From: Scyliorhinus canicula
Taxonomy: Eukaryota
DNA: 64,000 nt
NCBI RefSeq assembly: GCF_902713615.1
Contig: NC_052162.1
Coordinates: forward strand, 52,327,990 to 52,391,989
Direction of reading: 5' to 3'
The notes under the pieces were generated by a model, which worked only from the letters and a program-made list of their open reading frames with translations, had not been told where the DNA came from and did not search any database. The first letter of the stretch is position 1, and the number at the start of each line of letters is the position of its first letter. This document shows positions 11,466-24,268 of this stretch, one piece after another. Made by a program: the position numbers and the translations under genes.

Positions 11466-14400
11466 ATGGCTAGTCGGCAGGGGAGAGGGGCGGGCTGCCC
11501 TTCGACCCGGCTGATCACTTGGAATGTGAGGGGGCTGAATGGGCCGGTCAAGAGAACGAGAGTAATCTCGCATTTGAAGGGACTGAAGGCGGATGTAGCA
11601 ATGCTACAAGAGACCCATTTGAAGGTGGCGGACCAGGTCCGCCTGAGAAGGGGGTGGGTGGGACAGGTGTTCCACTCAGGACTGGACGCAAAGAACCGGG
11701 GGGTGGCGATCCTGGTAGGGAAGAGGGTGTCGTTCGTGGCGGCGGAGGTGGTGGCGGATAAAGAGGGTAGATATGTCATGGTGAAGGGTAGGCTACAGGG
11801 GGAGAAAGTGGTGATGGTTAATGTGTATGCCCCGAATTGGGACGACGCTGGCTTCATGAGGCGCCTACTGGGCCTCATTCCGGACCTGGAGGCAGGGGGC
11901 CTGATCATGGGGGGGGACTTCAACACAGTGCTGGACCCCGTGCTGGACAGATCGAGTTCAAGGACGAGTAGGAGGCCGGCAGCGGCAGAAGTGTTAAAGG
12001 GGTTCATGGAGCAGATGGGAGGGGTAGATCCCTGGAGGTTTGGGAGGCCGAGGGCGAGGGAGTATTCCTTTTTCTCCCATGTCCACAGAGTCTATTCTAG
12101 AATTGACTTTTTTGTATTGAGCAGGGGACTGATCCCGAAAGTACGGGAAGTGGAGTACTCGGCCATAGCAGTCTCAGACCAAGCGCCACACTGGGTAGAT
12201 TTGGAAATGGGGGAGGCGCGAGACCAGCGTCCGCTGTGGCGCCTGGATGTGGGGTTGCTGGCGGATGAGGTGGTGTGTAAGAGGGTCCGGAAAAGCATTG
12301 AAAGATATCTGGACACTAATGACACGGGGGAGGTGCAGGTGGGGATGGTCTGGGAGGCCCTGAAGGCGGTGATCCGGGGGGAGCTGATCTCCATACGGGC
12401 ACATAGGGAAAGGAGGGAGAGACAGGAGAGGGAGAGGCTGGTGGGGGAGCTTTTGGACGTGGATAGGAGATTTGCGGAGGCACCAGAGGAGGGGCTGTTG
12501 GGGGAACGGCGCAGTTTGCAGGCTAAGTTCGACCTGTTGACCACCAGAAAGGCAGAGACACAGTGGAGAAGGGCGCAGGGCGCGATTTATGAATATGGGG
12601 AGAAGGCGAGTAGGATGTTGGCGCATCAGCTCCGCAAGCGGGATGCGGCTAGAGAAATTGGGGGAGTGAGGGAGAGGGGTGGGAACGTAGTGCAGAAGGG
12701 GCCAGAAGTAAATGGGGTCTTCAGAGACTTCTATAAGGAGCTGTATCGGTCAGAGCCGCCGACGAGGGGAGGGGGGATGGAGGGCTTCTTGAACAAATTG
12801 AGGTTCCCCAAGGTCCAAGAGGAGCTGGTAGAGGGGCTGGGGGCGCCGATAGGGTTAGAGGAGCTAGTCAAGGGGATTGGGCATATGCAGACGGGGAAGG
12901 CGCCGGGGCCAGACGGGTTCCCGGTGGAATTTTACAAAAAATATGCGGATTTGGTGGGCCCTGTGCTGGTACGAGCCTTCAACGAGGCATGGGAGGGGGG
13001 GGCTCTGCCCCCGACAATGTCGCAGGCACTGATCTCTCTGATCTTGAAGCGGGACAAGGACCCCGTGCAGTGTGGGTCATATAGGCCTATCTCGCTCCTG
13101 AATGTGGACGCCAAGTTGCTGGCAAAGATCCTGGCTACCAGGATAGAGGATTGTGTGCCAGGGGTGATACACGAGGACCAGACGGGTTTTGTGAAAGGGC
13201 GGCAGCTTAATACGAACGTGCGGAGACTGCTAAACGTCATCATGATGCCGGCAGTGGAGGGTGAGGCGGAGATAGTGGTGGCATTGGACGCGGAGAAAGC
13301 ATTTGATAGGGTGGAGTGGAAGTACCTGTGGGAGACGCTGGAACGGTTTGGATTTGGGGAGGGATTTATTAAATGGGTGAAGCTGCTCTATTCGGCCCCG
13401 ACGGCAAGTGTAGTGACGAATGGTAGGAGATCGGAGTATTTTGGGCTCCACCGGGGGACCAGACAGGGGTGCCCCTTGTCCCCCCTGCTCTTCGCACTGG
13501 CAATTGAACCGTTGGCGATGGCACTGAGGGGCTCAGGGGGGTGGAGAGGGCTGACAAGGGGCGGAGAGGAGCACCGGGTATCGCTATACGCGGACGACCT
13601 GCTGCTATACGTGGCAGACCCAGAAGGGGGAATGCCGGAGGTGATGGAACTGCTAGCAGAATTTGGGTACTTTTCGGGGTCAAGCTAAACTTGGGCAAGA
13701 GTGAGGTATTTGTGATACACCCAGGGGACCAGGAAGAGGGAATCGGGAGACTCCCGTTTAAGAGAGCAGGAAAGAGTTTTAGATATTTAGGGGTGCAGGT
13801 GGCAAGGAACTGGGGGACTCTCCACAAGCTGAACTTCTCCAGGCTGGTGGAACAGATGGAGGAGGAATTTAAAAGGTGGGACATGGTGCCGCTGTCGCTG
13901 GCGGGCAGAGTGCAGTCCGTTAAAATGACGGTCCTCCCGAGGTTTTTGTTTTTATTTCAGTGCTTGCCCATCCTCCTCCCTAGGGCCTTCTTCAAAAAGG
14001 TGACGAGTAGCATCATGAGCTACGTGTGGACGCACGGCACCCCAAGGGTGAGGAGAGTCTTCTTGGAGCGGAGTAGGGATAGTGGAGGGCTGGCATTACC
14101 CAATCTTTCGGGGTATTACTGGGCGGCAAATGTATCGATGGTGCGCAAGTGGATGATGGAAGGGGAGGGGGCAGCTTGGAAACGAATGGAGAGGGCGTCC
14201 TGTGGCAACATAAGCCTGGGGGCCCTAGTAACGGCGCCATGGCCGCTCCCTTCCACGAGGTACACCACGAGCCCGGTGGTGGCGGCCACCCTCAAGATCT
14301 GGGGGCAGTGGAGGCGACACAGGGGGGAAGTGGGAGGTCTGATGGAGGCACCGTTAAGAGGGAACCATAGATTCATCCCGGGGAACATGGACGGGGGATT

Positions 14401-15259
14401 TCAGAGCTGGCACAGGGTGGGCATCAGGCAGCTGAAGGATCTGTTTGTAGATGGGAGGTTTGCGAGCCTGAGAGAGCTGGAGGAGAAATTCGGGCTCCCC
14501 CCGGGAAACATGTTTAGACATTTGCAGGTGAAGACATTTGCTAGACGCCAGGTGGAAGGGTTTCCCTTGCTCCCCAGTAGGGGGGCGAGTGATAGGGTGC
14601 TCTCGGGGGTCTGGGTCGGAGGGGGGAGGATATCGGACATCTACAAAGTAATGCAGGAGGCGGAGGAGGCATCAGTAGAGGAGCTGAAAGCCAAGTGGGA
14701 GGGGGAGCTGGGAGAACAGATAGAGGATGGGACATGGGCTGATGCCCTGGAGAGGGTTAATTCTTCCTCCTCGTGTGCGAGGCTTAGCCTCATTCAATTT
14801 AAGGTGCTACATAGAGCCCATATGACGGGGACAAGGATGAGTCGGTTCTTTGGGGGTGAGGACAGATGTGTCAGGTGTTCGGGAAGTCCAGCGAACCATG
14901 TCCATATGTTTTGGGCATGTCCGGCACTGGAGGAGTTCTGGAAGGGGGTGGCAAGGACGGTGTCGAGGGTGGTGGGATCCAGGGTCAAACCAGGATGGGG
15001 ACTTGCGATCTTTGGGGTTGGGGTGGAGCCGGGGGTACAGGAGGCGAGAGAGGCCAGAGTACTGGCCTTTGCGTCCCTAGTTGCTCGAAGAAGGATACTA
15101 ATACAGTGGAAGGACGCGAGGCCTCCAAGCGTGGAAACTTGGATTAATGACATGGCAAGCTTTATTCAGTTGGAAAGGGTCAAATTCGCCCTGAGAGGGT
15201 CGGTACAAGGGTTCTTCAGGCGGTGGCAGCCTTTCCTCGACTTTTTGGCTCAGAGATAG
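11466..15259 (+). pseudogene. L1 ORF2p (APE endonuclease, RT, Cys-rich domain) with a 1-nt frameshift at about 13680
   Basis: [35 protein letters not shown] in 11466-13688. Continues in another frame (KLNLGKS, YLGV, CVRC..HMFWAC) to 15259. Inserting one A in ggggt^caagc gives about 1264 aa. Confidence 0.92.
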
Positions 15260-16339
15260 GGTACAGAGGTCGCAGCAGCAGCAACCCGGGGGGGAGGGGA
15301 GGGGGGGGGGGGGTGGCAACAACGGTTGTGGTGGGTTATTTACGGTTGAAATGCGGGCAAATTTGCTCGCAGTTCATGTTTGATGTTGATTGTTGCTTTG
15401 TTTGTTTTTGGGGGAGGGGGGAGGGGGGGAGGGACAACGCGCGCGCGAGTTCGGGCGGGGGGGGATATTTGTTAAGAGGGAATATTTTGTAATATTTTAT
15501 AGTTAGTTGGGGTAAATATCTTCATGTAAAAAATTCTTTCAATAAAAATTATTTAAAAAAAAAAAAAATGGTCACACCAGGAAATGTTTCTGAAGCACTG
15601 ACTTGGGAACTGCAGAGCAATTTAAGATAAAGTATGTACATGGACAGGGCAATAGCAGACTAATTTAAAGCAATCCAGCACTGCTGAACGTAGAAGGAAA
15701 AAAGTGGAAATTGGGTGAGACATGCAATCCGTGAATGCTGTTGAAATAGCAATACAGAGAGCAAGGAATCTCATAATAGGGCCAATAAATGCACAATTTG
15801 TCAATATGTCCAACCAATGCAGAGTAGCAATCAACAAAGCAATAGGAAAGTTGAACTATGTGGATGAAACAGTAGCAAATAAAGCAGAGGGAGTTATTAA
15901 TCAAACTGCACATTTCTGTAGACAGACCTTCAGTACCGTGTCTGATTCTAATTGCTGAGACACAGGCCGATATTTAAGGTCTAGAGGCAGTGTAGAGAAA
16001 TGAAGGTCATGGTTGATCTGTGACCTAACACCATATACCCACGTTTGCCCCATATTTGCCAGTTAACAAAAATTTATCAATCTCCGATTTCATTTAACAA
16101 TTGATCTCCCACAAATTGCTGTTTATGGGAGAGTGTTCTGAACTTCTCCCACTCATGCCTTGCAAGTAATTTCATTCCAGAAAAGCCAGGCTAATTTTCC
16201 AACCATGCCCCATAATCCTAGACTCCTGAACCTGCAGAAATAATTCCTCTCTCTCTACTCCCATCAGTCTTGAAAAGGTCTTCAGGTTAGTTAGGAAAAG
16301 GTAAATCCTGATTAATACTCAAATTAAATTTCAATTAGG

Positions 16340-17080
16340 ACAAGGAGTCACAAGTTCCAGTTTGTAAAAGGTAAACAGTGAATGCATCACTTATGCATAT
16401 AAAAATGTTGTTAATATGCAGAGAGTTTTGAAAATATAACACAAGATCTGGAGCAGGAGTTATCTATTCAGCCCTTTTGAGCCTGCTGCACCATTCGCTT
16501 AGATCATGGCTGATCTTCTACCGCAACCACCTTCCCCGACTACACTTTTCCCATATCCTCCAAGTCCCTGAGCATCCAAATGTCTATTGATCTCTACCTG
16601 AATGTAAGTAACAACTGAGCATTTTCAGCCTTCTGGGGTAGAGAATTCCAAAAATTCATAACTTGCTGAGAAAATTGCACACAATACACCAGGTGTGGTA
16701 TCACCAAGGTCTTGCATAACTGCTGTAAGAATTCTTTACCCTTTTACATCAATCCTTTTTTAATAAAGGCTAACATATGCTGTCCTAATTCTTGCTGTAC
16801 CTGCATGTTAACTTTCTGTGATTCATGTACAAGGGCATCCAGGTCTATCTGATTAAAACATTTTACAAATGTTCCACGTTTCTACTTTCCTACCAAAGTG
16901 AATGATTTCTCACTTCTCCACATTATGTTCTGTTCGCCATTTTCTTGTCCACTATGTCCCTTTGCACACTCCTCCTGCAGCTTACTTATCCTCCTAACTT
17001 TGTATAATTTGCAAACTTGGATATATTACACTTGATCTCTTCATCTGAATACCGATTTATAATCTGCCAGACACCACAAT
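16340..17080 (-). mobile_element. Degraded CR1 LINE fragment
   Basis: CR1-like 3' end (ggagcaggagt..attcagccct..gagcctgct..ccattc..agatcatggctgatc) and decayed RT-region sequence. Confidence 0.5.
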
Positions 17081-17812
17081 CCAGCTAAGAGGTCTATAAG
17101 CTACTCCTACGCTGTTTTTTTGCCCCTTGTTGTTTCTCAGCTCCACATGAACGGATTCTAAATCTTCTTTTTATATTAAGATCCTTTCTTGCTACTGCAT
17201 TTAACCCCTCAATTTTTCGGGCTAACCTGCTCACTTTTTTATTTTGCCAAACTCATTCAAAAGTCATCTATTCTGGTCTATTTAGTTCCCAACCTGGCAC
17301 ACTTTGTAAGCACATCCCAGTAATGACTGAAACGTCAAATCCATTCATTTCTAACTGGTTGGAATTTTTTTTGTTGGAAAGTAGATTGATCAAACATACT
17401 AATGATACCCAGTGGCAGAACCTTCCCTTGCCATTATAGTGATGAATTGAAAACAGTAGAAATTTTCACTACTTTCAAATTGAAGTGAAACTATTAATGC
17501 ATGATTGCAAAGCTAGATCAAAAACCTACCAAGTTAGTTGCATGATGAACTGTTGCTGTCTTGAAAAGCAATGTGAAATTCCTTCTGAGTATCAAGCTTG
17601 GCTAAGGACTTTTCAAACTGTTTATTTATCTGGCGCTTCATTTCAATTTACATCCATACTGCCCTGCATGCCTATGAAATGACTGTTATTACATTATTTT
17701 GTTGACAATCTTTTTGGAAATCCTAACTTTAAGTATTATTGCTGAAACGGTCAGTTATACTGTCAATCACCATAACACTCTGAATGAGTTTGACATTTGC
17801 AGTAATTGTATG

Positions 17813-17995
17813 TTAATTATATCCAGGTAAAGGTAGCTTTTGACCATCCTTTGCCTCAAAGAATGTGTAGGACAGAGTGATTGTATCTACTCGTGCCATT
17901 CCCGGATCTTCTGCAAACTCTGGGTCGATATAAAAAAACACTGGCATGTCCACTTCCTCATGGGGATTCAGCCGTTGCTCTTCAAAACAAAAACA
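17813..17995 (-). CDS. COX11: COX11 coding exon 4 (last)
   Basis: tttcag acceptor; CFCFEEQRLNPHEEVDMPVFFYIDPEFAEDPGMARVDTITLSYTFFEAKDGQKLPLPGYN*, including the copper-binding CFCF motif; candidate minus-strand AATAAA at 17626-17621. Confidence 0.97.
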   Translation of the reverse strand, partial: CFCFEEQRLNPHEEVDMPVFFYIDPEFAEDPGMARVDTITLSYTFFEAKDGQKLPLPGYN

Positions 17996-18479
17996 CTGAA
18001 AGAACGAGGCAGAGGGGAGAGAATTGTTACTACCTGCATATATATGTGTACATATATAAAATAAACAGCAGAAACAAATGTTTCTAACACAATTTGCTCC
18101 ACTTTTTAAGTTCACATCTTCATCCACAATCAAATCTAATTTCTGCTTTGGTCAGGACTCTGAAACAGGGAACTCAAAAATGTCACGTATTGCAAAATAG
18201 TAATTTGTTATCCCAATTGTTATAATGGATGCTGCTTGGTGAATTATGTGACAGATAGCAACTGTTTTTGTACATTTCCCTTATCAAACCAAAGCTTAAT
18301 CATTGAGCCCAGTTTGGAATCATAGAAACACGGAGGTCTTCAAGCTTTGGAGGACATGTAAAAAGATACAATCCTGAGGACTAAATTATAAATACAAACA
18401 GAAGAAATTTAAGCTTTTTAGCCTTGCTAAGAAGTAACTCCGCAGGGACCTTGATATGAGAAAAAGTAAATCCATAACA

Positions 18480-19730
18480 ATACTTGTTGCAGTTTTTTGA
18501 TGTGGTAACAGAGAAGGTTGAGAAAGGCAATGCTGGTTATGTGGTGCATATGGATTTTCAAAGGCATTTGATACATTGCCACATAACAGTCTTGTGAGCA
18601 AAATTCTAGCTCGTGGGGAAAAGTAAAAGTTGCCCACTGGATAAGAAATTGGCTGAGTGACAGAAAACAGAGAGTGATAAATAGTTGTTTTTCAGATTGG
18701 AGGAAGGTTTGTAGTGAATTTCCCAGGTGTCAGTGTTGGGACCCTGGTTCTTCCTGATGCATATTAATGGCATAGACTGTGGTGTGCAGGGCATGATACA
18801 AAGATTGGAAGCCTTGTTAACTGTGATGAGGATAGTCTTGACTTTGAAGAGGACATAGACATATTGGTGGATTAAGCAGACAAGTGGCAGATGAAGTTCA
18901 ACGCAGAGAAATGTGAGGTAATTTACTTTGGCAGGAAGAACGTGGAGAGACAAAGTAAAGGGAGAAACTCTAAATGAGATGCAGGAACATAGAGGCCTTG
19001 GTGTATATGTGCATAGGTCATAGAATGTGGCAGAATAGGTTGAGAGCTGTTAATAAAGCATATGGTATCCTAGGTGTTATTAATGGGACATTGAGTACAA
19101 GAGTAAGGAGGTTATATTCAACTTATACAAGACATTAGTTCGGCCTCATTTGGAGTATTGTACCCAGTTCTGGGCACCATACTTCAGGCAGGATGTGAAG
19201 GCATTGAAAAGAGCACAGAGGAAGTTCCTAAGAAAGATTCCAGGATAAACAATTGTAGCTAAGAGGATAGATTGGAGAGATTGGGTCTATTTTCCTTGCA
19301 GAAAAGGCTGAGAGGAGGCTTTATAGAGATATTGAAAATTCTGAGAGGTATGGACAGAGTAAAATAGAGAAAAACTGTTCCCTCTTAAGAGTACATCAAG
19401 AGCTTGGACGGCACAGATTCAACATAATGGAAAAGGAGAAGTGACGCCAACTCTAAGGGCATTTAAATGGTCTTTGGATAGACATATCGATGATAAGGGA
19501 ATAGTGTAGATGGGCTTTAGAGTGGTTTCACAGGTCGGCGCAACATCGAGGGCCGAAGGGCCTGTACTGCGCTGTAATATTCTATGTTCTATGATGTGAG
19601 GAAAATTTCTTTCACCAAGGGCGTGGTTAGAGTCTGGAACGGACTTCCTGAAAAGGTGATGGAGGCAGGTTCGATTGAGGTATTCAAAAGGCCGAATGGC
19701 CTTGCCTGCACTGTAGGAATTCTATGATTC
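18480..19730 (+). mobile_element. Degraded CR1 LINE with a younger CR1 3' tail nested at about 19445-19592
   Basis: Decayed YMDFQKAFD, W..KWQMKFNAEKCEV, LVRPHLEYC motifs; (ttctatg)n tail. Confidence 0.7.
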
Positions 19731-19852
19731 AAATTGTAATGAATTTACTCTATTGTTCCTGTTTAGTATTGTCTATCAGAAGGCTCACTTTTGTGCCAGA
19801 GACATTGATTGTACCATTCCATTTAGTGCACGACATGCAAAGCATTTAATTA

Positions 19853-20118
19853 GAATCATAGAATCCCTACCGTGCAGGAGGTGGCCATTTGGCCCATTGG
19901 GTCTGCACCAACCCTCCGAAGGAGCACCCAACCTAGGCCCAATCCCCATAACCCTACCTAACCTTCGGACACTTCAGGGCAATTTAGCAGGACCAATCCA
20001 CCTAACCTGCACATCTTTGGACTGAGAATGTACACACTCCGCACAGAGTCACCAAGGTCGGAATCGAATTTGGGTCCCTGGTGTTGTGATGCAGCAGTGC
20101 TAACCACTGTGCCACCCG
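19853..20118 (-). mobile_element. V-SINE (HE1-like)
   Basis: Reverse complement of the SINE family, ending gcagcagtgctaaccactgtgccacc. Confidence 0.75.
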
Positions 20119-20848
20119 TAGTGAATTAAGAAGCACTTTTTGAAAAAACACATTCTGAAAAAACTGGGGTCCCATCATCTTGGTGTCCTCACTTCTTGCC
20201 TGTTCCGATGAAGTAATCGATTAGGAGTCTGCCTCAGACACAATTTATGACAATGGACATAGTAAATGTTGGTGACTGGGAACTTGTCCAGAACTACTTG
20301 GCCCTGGGGAAAACATCCTACTAGGTGGGTTTACAAAATAGCTAGCTAGTAGTATAATTTATAGGGCCTGACAGCTGCAGAATGGCTCCTAGGCCAAAAC
20401 ATAGCTATAGCCACAGTTGAAATCCATGGAGGCAAGAATACCTTTTAAAATGGGAAGCAAGCTTTTAATATAATGTGTTCCCACAGGTTTTCTCTTTCCT
20501 TTAAGATGCCATATCTTGTTGAAACTAATGGACAGAACTTGTCATTCTGGAACTGAGATTACCAGATATGAAACAAAATCTACAAATCACAAGAACTCTT
20601 TGTATTTCTATAGTGCCTGCAATATAACAACTGTTCCAATACAAACAGGATGCTCCTGGATGTGTGCCATGATTTGCAGAGGCTCCTGAAGTGTGTGGAA
20701 ACTCAACCCACTGGAAGGCTTACAAAGCAATTCATGAGGAAATAAAACCATGTAACCATGTCAAACTAAATCATAAGGCTAAATAAAAGTATTTAAAAGA
20801 ATCTTTTCCTTCAAACATTTTTGTCAATTATTATTATTTTATCAATAC

Positions 20849-20974
20849 CTGTATTTTATTGAAGTACTGCCCTGCATCGAATGGTACTACATTGTAAGTA
20901 GAAATTCCAATGACTGGTTTGTCAGTAGGATTTTTCGCTTTATAGAATGCCAAAGCCGTTTCTCCAGGAACAAC
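20849..20974 (-). CDS. COX11: COX11 coding exon 3
   Basis: ctccag| VVPGETALAFYKAKNPTDKPVIGISTYNVVPFDAGQYFNKIQ |gtattg; 126 nt, phase 0-0. Confidence 0.97.
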
Positions 20975-21599
20975 CTGGAGTGAGATTAAAACAAAGAGGA
21001 CAGATTTAATTTCTTACTCTTTAGTACCATTGACCGTGGTCAATGTACCATCATTAACAGTAAGGAGAAACAAAATAGAAGAAACCTACCAGCCTCTAAC
21101 TAAAAGCTACTGAATCATTTTATACAACAGTGCCACCTCAACATAATAGGAGGAATTCAAAACATTTATTTTTTTCTGCTCCACATATAGTGCTAATGAC
21201 ACATTATAAAACATTTGCACAAGAGCCCCACGTGCGCTAAGATCCCTTAATGGATTTTTCAGTTTGGTAATGTTTGATTATGTGGGCTGGTCATGTAAGG
21301 AGTGCAATATTGGATTGGATTGCTTTCTTGATCTAATTTGCCTTGTTACATTAAGCACCAATGTTCTTTATATTTGTATTTCACAATTGTAGTATGAATA
21401 CCCATGAATGGCAACTTGTTCACACTTCAAACCATTTACCTTTGATCATTACATCTCATGCATTTTATCAATAAATCATGATGAAGCAAAGATACATGCA
21501 AGTGAGTGTATTCAATTAATTGTAGTGAAGTTAAGTGGAATGAAGATGCATAGCATTTAAACAAATTCATAGTAAAACCTAGAGCAGACAGGGCAGCAT

Positions 21600-21990
21600 T
21601 TATAGAACTTACTTATAAAATTTACAGTGCAAAAGGAGGCCATTCAGCCCATCAAGTCTGCACCGACCCCTGGAAAGAGCACCCCTCCTTAAGCCCAGGC
21701 CTCCACCTGATCCCCGTAACTCCACCTAATCTTTTTGTACATTAAGGGCAATTTGTCATGGCCAATCCACCTAACCACAATCCACTGCGCATGGTGACGC
21801 AGTGGTTATCACTACTGCCTCACGGCACCGAGGGCCCGGATTCAATCCCAGACCCGGGTCACTGTCTGTGTGGAGTTTGCACATTCTCCCTGTGTCTGCA
21901 TGGGTCTCACCCCCACAATCCAAAGATGTGTAGGGGAGGTGGATTGGACATGCTAAATTTCCCCTTCATAGGATTATTTAAAAAAAATCT
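21600..21990. mobile_element. Two adjacent V-SINE pieces in opposite orientation (minus about 21600-21775, plus about 21790-21990)
   Basis: Similarity to the other SINE copies in the window. Confidence 0.7.
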
Positions 21991-22373
21991 AGAGCAGACA
22001 GTGTCAATAGTGAGTTTTAGTAAAAACAAGATAAATGAAACCAAGATACATTGTACAACTAATAAACTGTTGTTAAACAAAAAAAGTTAAAAATGTCTCA
22101 TTCTCAATCCCTTTCAATCATCCCATCACCACAGGATTGGCTTAATTAGCTCAGTATTTCTGCTCATGCCAGTAATCAGATAAACTTAATTTTAAACGAT
22201 TAAAGACACCGCATGTCACAGGACTAGAAATTCCAGCCCAAAGTCAATGGACGTCTGGCTACTCTGTCAAATTTTCTATCCCACCAGCAACATTTCCACC
22301 GTGGGTGGGACCAGGAAATCTCAGCAATACTTTCAGATAACAAAGTTCCCTTATTTATGGAGGTGCCCTTCCT

Positions 22374-22655
22374 ATGCACTGTTGCTTCACAGCGCCAGGG
22401 TCCCAGGTTCGATTCCTGCTTGGGTCACTGTCTGTGCGGAATGTGCACATTCTCCCCGTGTCTGCTTGGGTTTCCTCCGGGTGCTCCGGTTTCCTCCTGC
22501 AAGTCCGAAAGACGTGCTTGTTAGGTGAATTGGACATTCTGAATTCTCCCTCTGTGTACCCGAACAAGCGCCAGAATGTGGCGACAAGGCGATTTTCACA
22601 GTAACTTCATTGCAGTGTTAATGTAAGCCTACTTGTGACAATAATAAAGATTATT
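22374..22655 (+). mobile_element. Chimeric SINE: V-SINE head/body with a family-2 tail
   Basis: gggtcccaggttcgattcc head and V-domain, then gaatgtggcgac..ttttcacagtaacttcatt..cttgtgacaataa tail. Confidence 0.7.
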
Positions 22656-23715
22656 GTGCTCCCTTGCGTATTTCACGGCTTGAAATCCACATTCAGCTTC
22701 ACAGTCCTCTATTCAGCCCAGAGCTACTTGAGCAGCGTTTTAGGTTGCCCAACATATTGACATATTTGGGTCGTGTAGATTTGAAACCCACAACCCGAAA
22801 TGTTGAATAACATTTTTATTAATTATTTGTAAACAAAGATATGACATCTTATGGCTTGAATTCACACTCCACTGCTGGCGGGCTTTTAGATGGGTTGGGG
22901 AGGGGGGGTTTGCGTGTATGACAGTGAAGGAACTGGATTCTCCCTGGGTTTCCGTTTGCTCAACCTTGCAGTGATTTTACACTGAGGCTGCAAGGCCTCA
23001 TGGACTGCCCACCCTTGTCCAAGTGGTCAAATTAATGCTACATAAAGGTTGTTCCCCATCTCACGTAAAGGCTGCCTACCCTCAATTTTTTAGTCTGGCT
23101 GGAGGATTTACCTGGTGTTAGGAAAATGAATAAGCTTGCTCCTGGGCTGGGGCCTCCATCAGAAGCTCCTTCTAACTTTCAGTGCCCCCCCCCCCCACCA
23201 CTTAAGATCCAGTAGCCGCTGGACTGACCTTAGTCCCTCCCCCCACCGTCAGCCTCACATCCAATGGGTCCACTCTCCCCACCCTCCCAGGGACCCCTTA
23301 AACTTGCTTTGCCGCCTGGTCCCAGGAATTAGGCTAACCCATCTTCCTGGTGTTCCTCTTCTGTCCACTGTAGCTCTGTTTCTCTCCTGGTAGATCCTGT
23401 CAGACATCCAACCCCCTTGGTTTTGTTTCAGGATCCAACATCCACAGTATAGAAAAATGGCCTGGCCTGAGCTCTAACAGAGTAACTATGCCCAAACACT
23501 TGAAGGTTCAGTTAACTAATCTCCAATGCAGTGGGCTTCCATGCTGCCGCAATAGAAGCTATTTAACAGCATACTCATTGCACAGGTAGAATAATCCTCT
23601 GGTTAAAATTATGCTTCAAGAGTCACGTTTAAGTGATTCATGATTTAATGTATTCTGTAGTGCTGCTTGTAGCATTGATTTCCCACGCTTAAGTATAGTG
23701 CCTGCTTTCACTTAC

Positions 23716-23871
23716 ATAGATTTCAGTTTGCTGAGGTCTGAAGTTCCACTGCAGACTGGCATGGACGTCAGCATTGAAAGTTATTTTAATGATTCGATCC
23801 TTCACAGGCTGCATGGTCTCTATCTGATCTACATTATGACCAGCTACTGCAGTCCCTCCGAGTCCTGTAGC
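23716..23871 (-). CDS. COX11: COX11 coding exon 2
   Basis: tttcag| ATGLGGTAVAGHNVDQIETMQPVKDRIIKITFNADVHASLQWNFRPQQTEIY |gtaagt; 156 nt, phase 0-0. Confidence 0.97.
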
Positions 23872-24034
23872 CTGAAAGAAGACAATCAGTACTGAATACG
23901 AGACTAGAAGTGTACTTGATAAATTCAGGACAACATGACACTTGATGTTTTAGGCCACATGGTTGACTGAACAATGATCTGCCATGATACTTTCTAAAAC
24001 ATGAAGGCTACCATTTTTTTGTTTCAGCACCCAA

Positions 24035-24212
24035 AATGAAATGAAAATCGCTTATTGTCACAAGTAGCCTTCAAATGAAGCTACTGTGAAAAGCCCCTAG
24101 TCGCCACATTCTGGCACCTGTTCGGGGAGGCTGGTACGGGAATTGAACCGTGCTGCTGGCCTGCCTTGGTCTGCTTTCAAAGCCAGCGATTTAGCCCTGT
24201 GCTAAACTGCCC
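24035..24212 (-). mobile_element. tRNA-derived SINE family 2
   Basis: Near full copy; reverse complement has A/B-box-like gtttagcacagggctaa...ggttcaattcc. Confidence 0.75.
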
Positions 24213-24268
24213 CAGTTATACATGCATCCATTGCAACCTTTAAACTACCAGGAAATTCCCATGGAATC

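Larger units (their letters stand above)
9776..15564 (+). mobile_element. Full-length, young L1-clade LINE
   Basis: Perfect 17-bp TSD AAAATGGTCACACCAGG (9759-9775 and 15565-15581) at a TT/AAAA endonuclease site; AATAAA at 15541 followed by poly-A; ORF1 plus ORF2 (EN-RT-CCHC). Confidence 0.95.

Noticed and set aside
13541-13688. Programmed frameshift or separate third ORF in the L1
   Set aside because: A single missing A in the conserved SGYKLN motif explains the shift; L1 ORF2 is normally continuous
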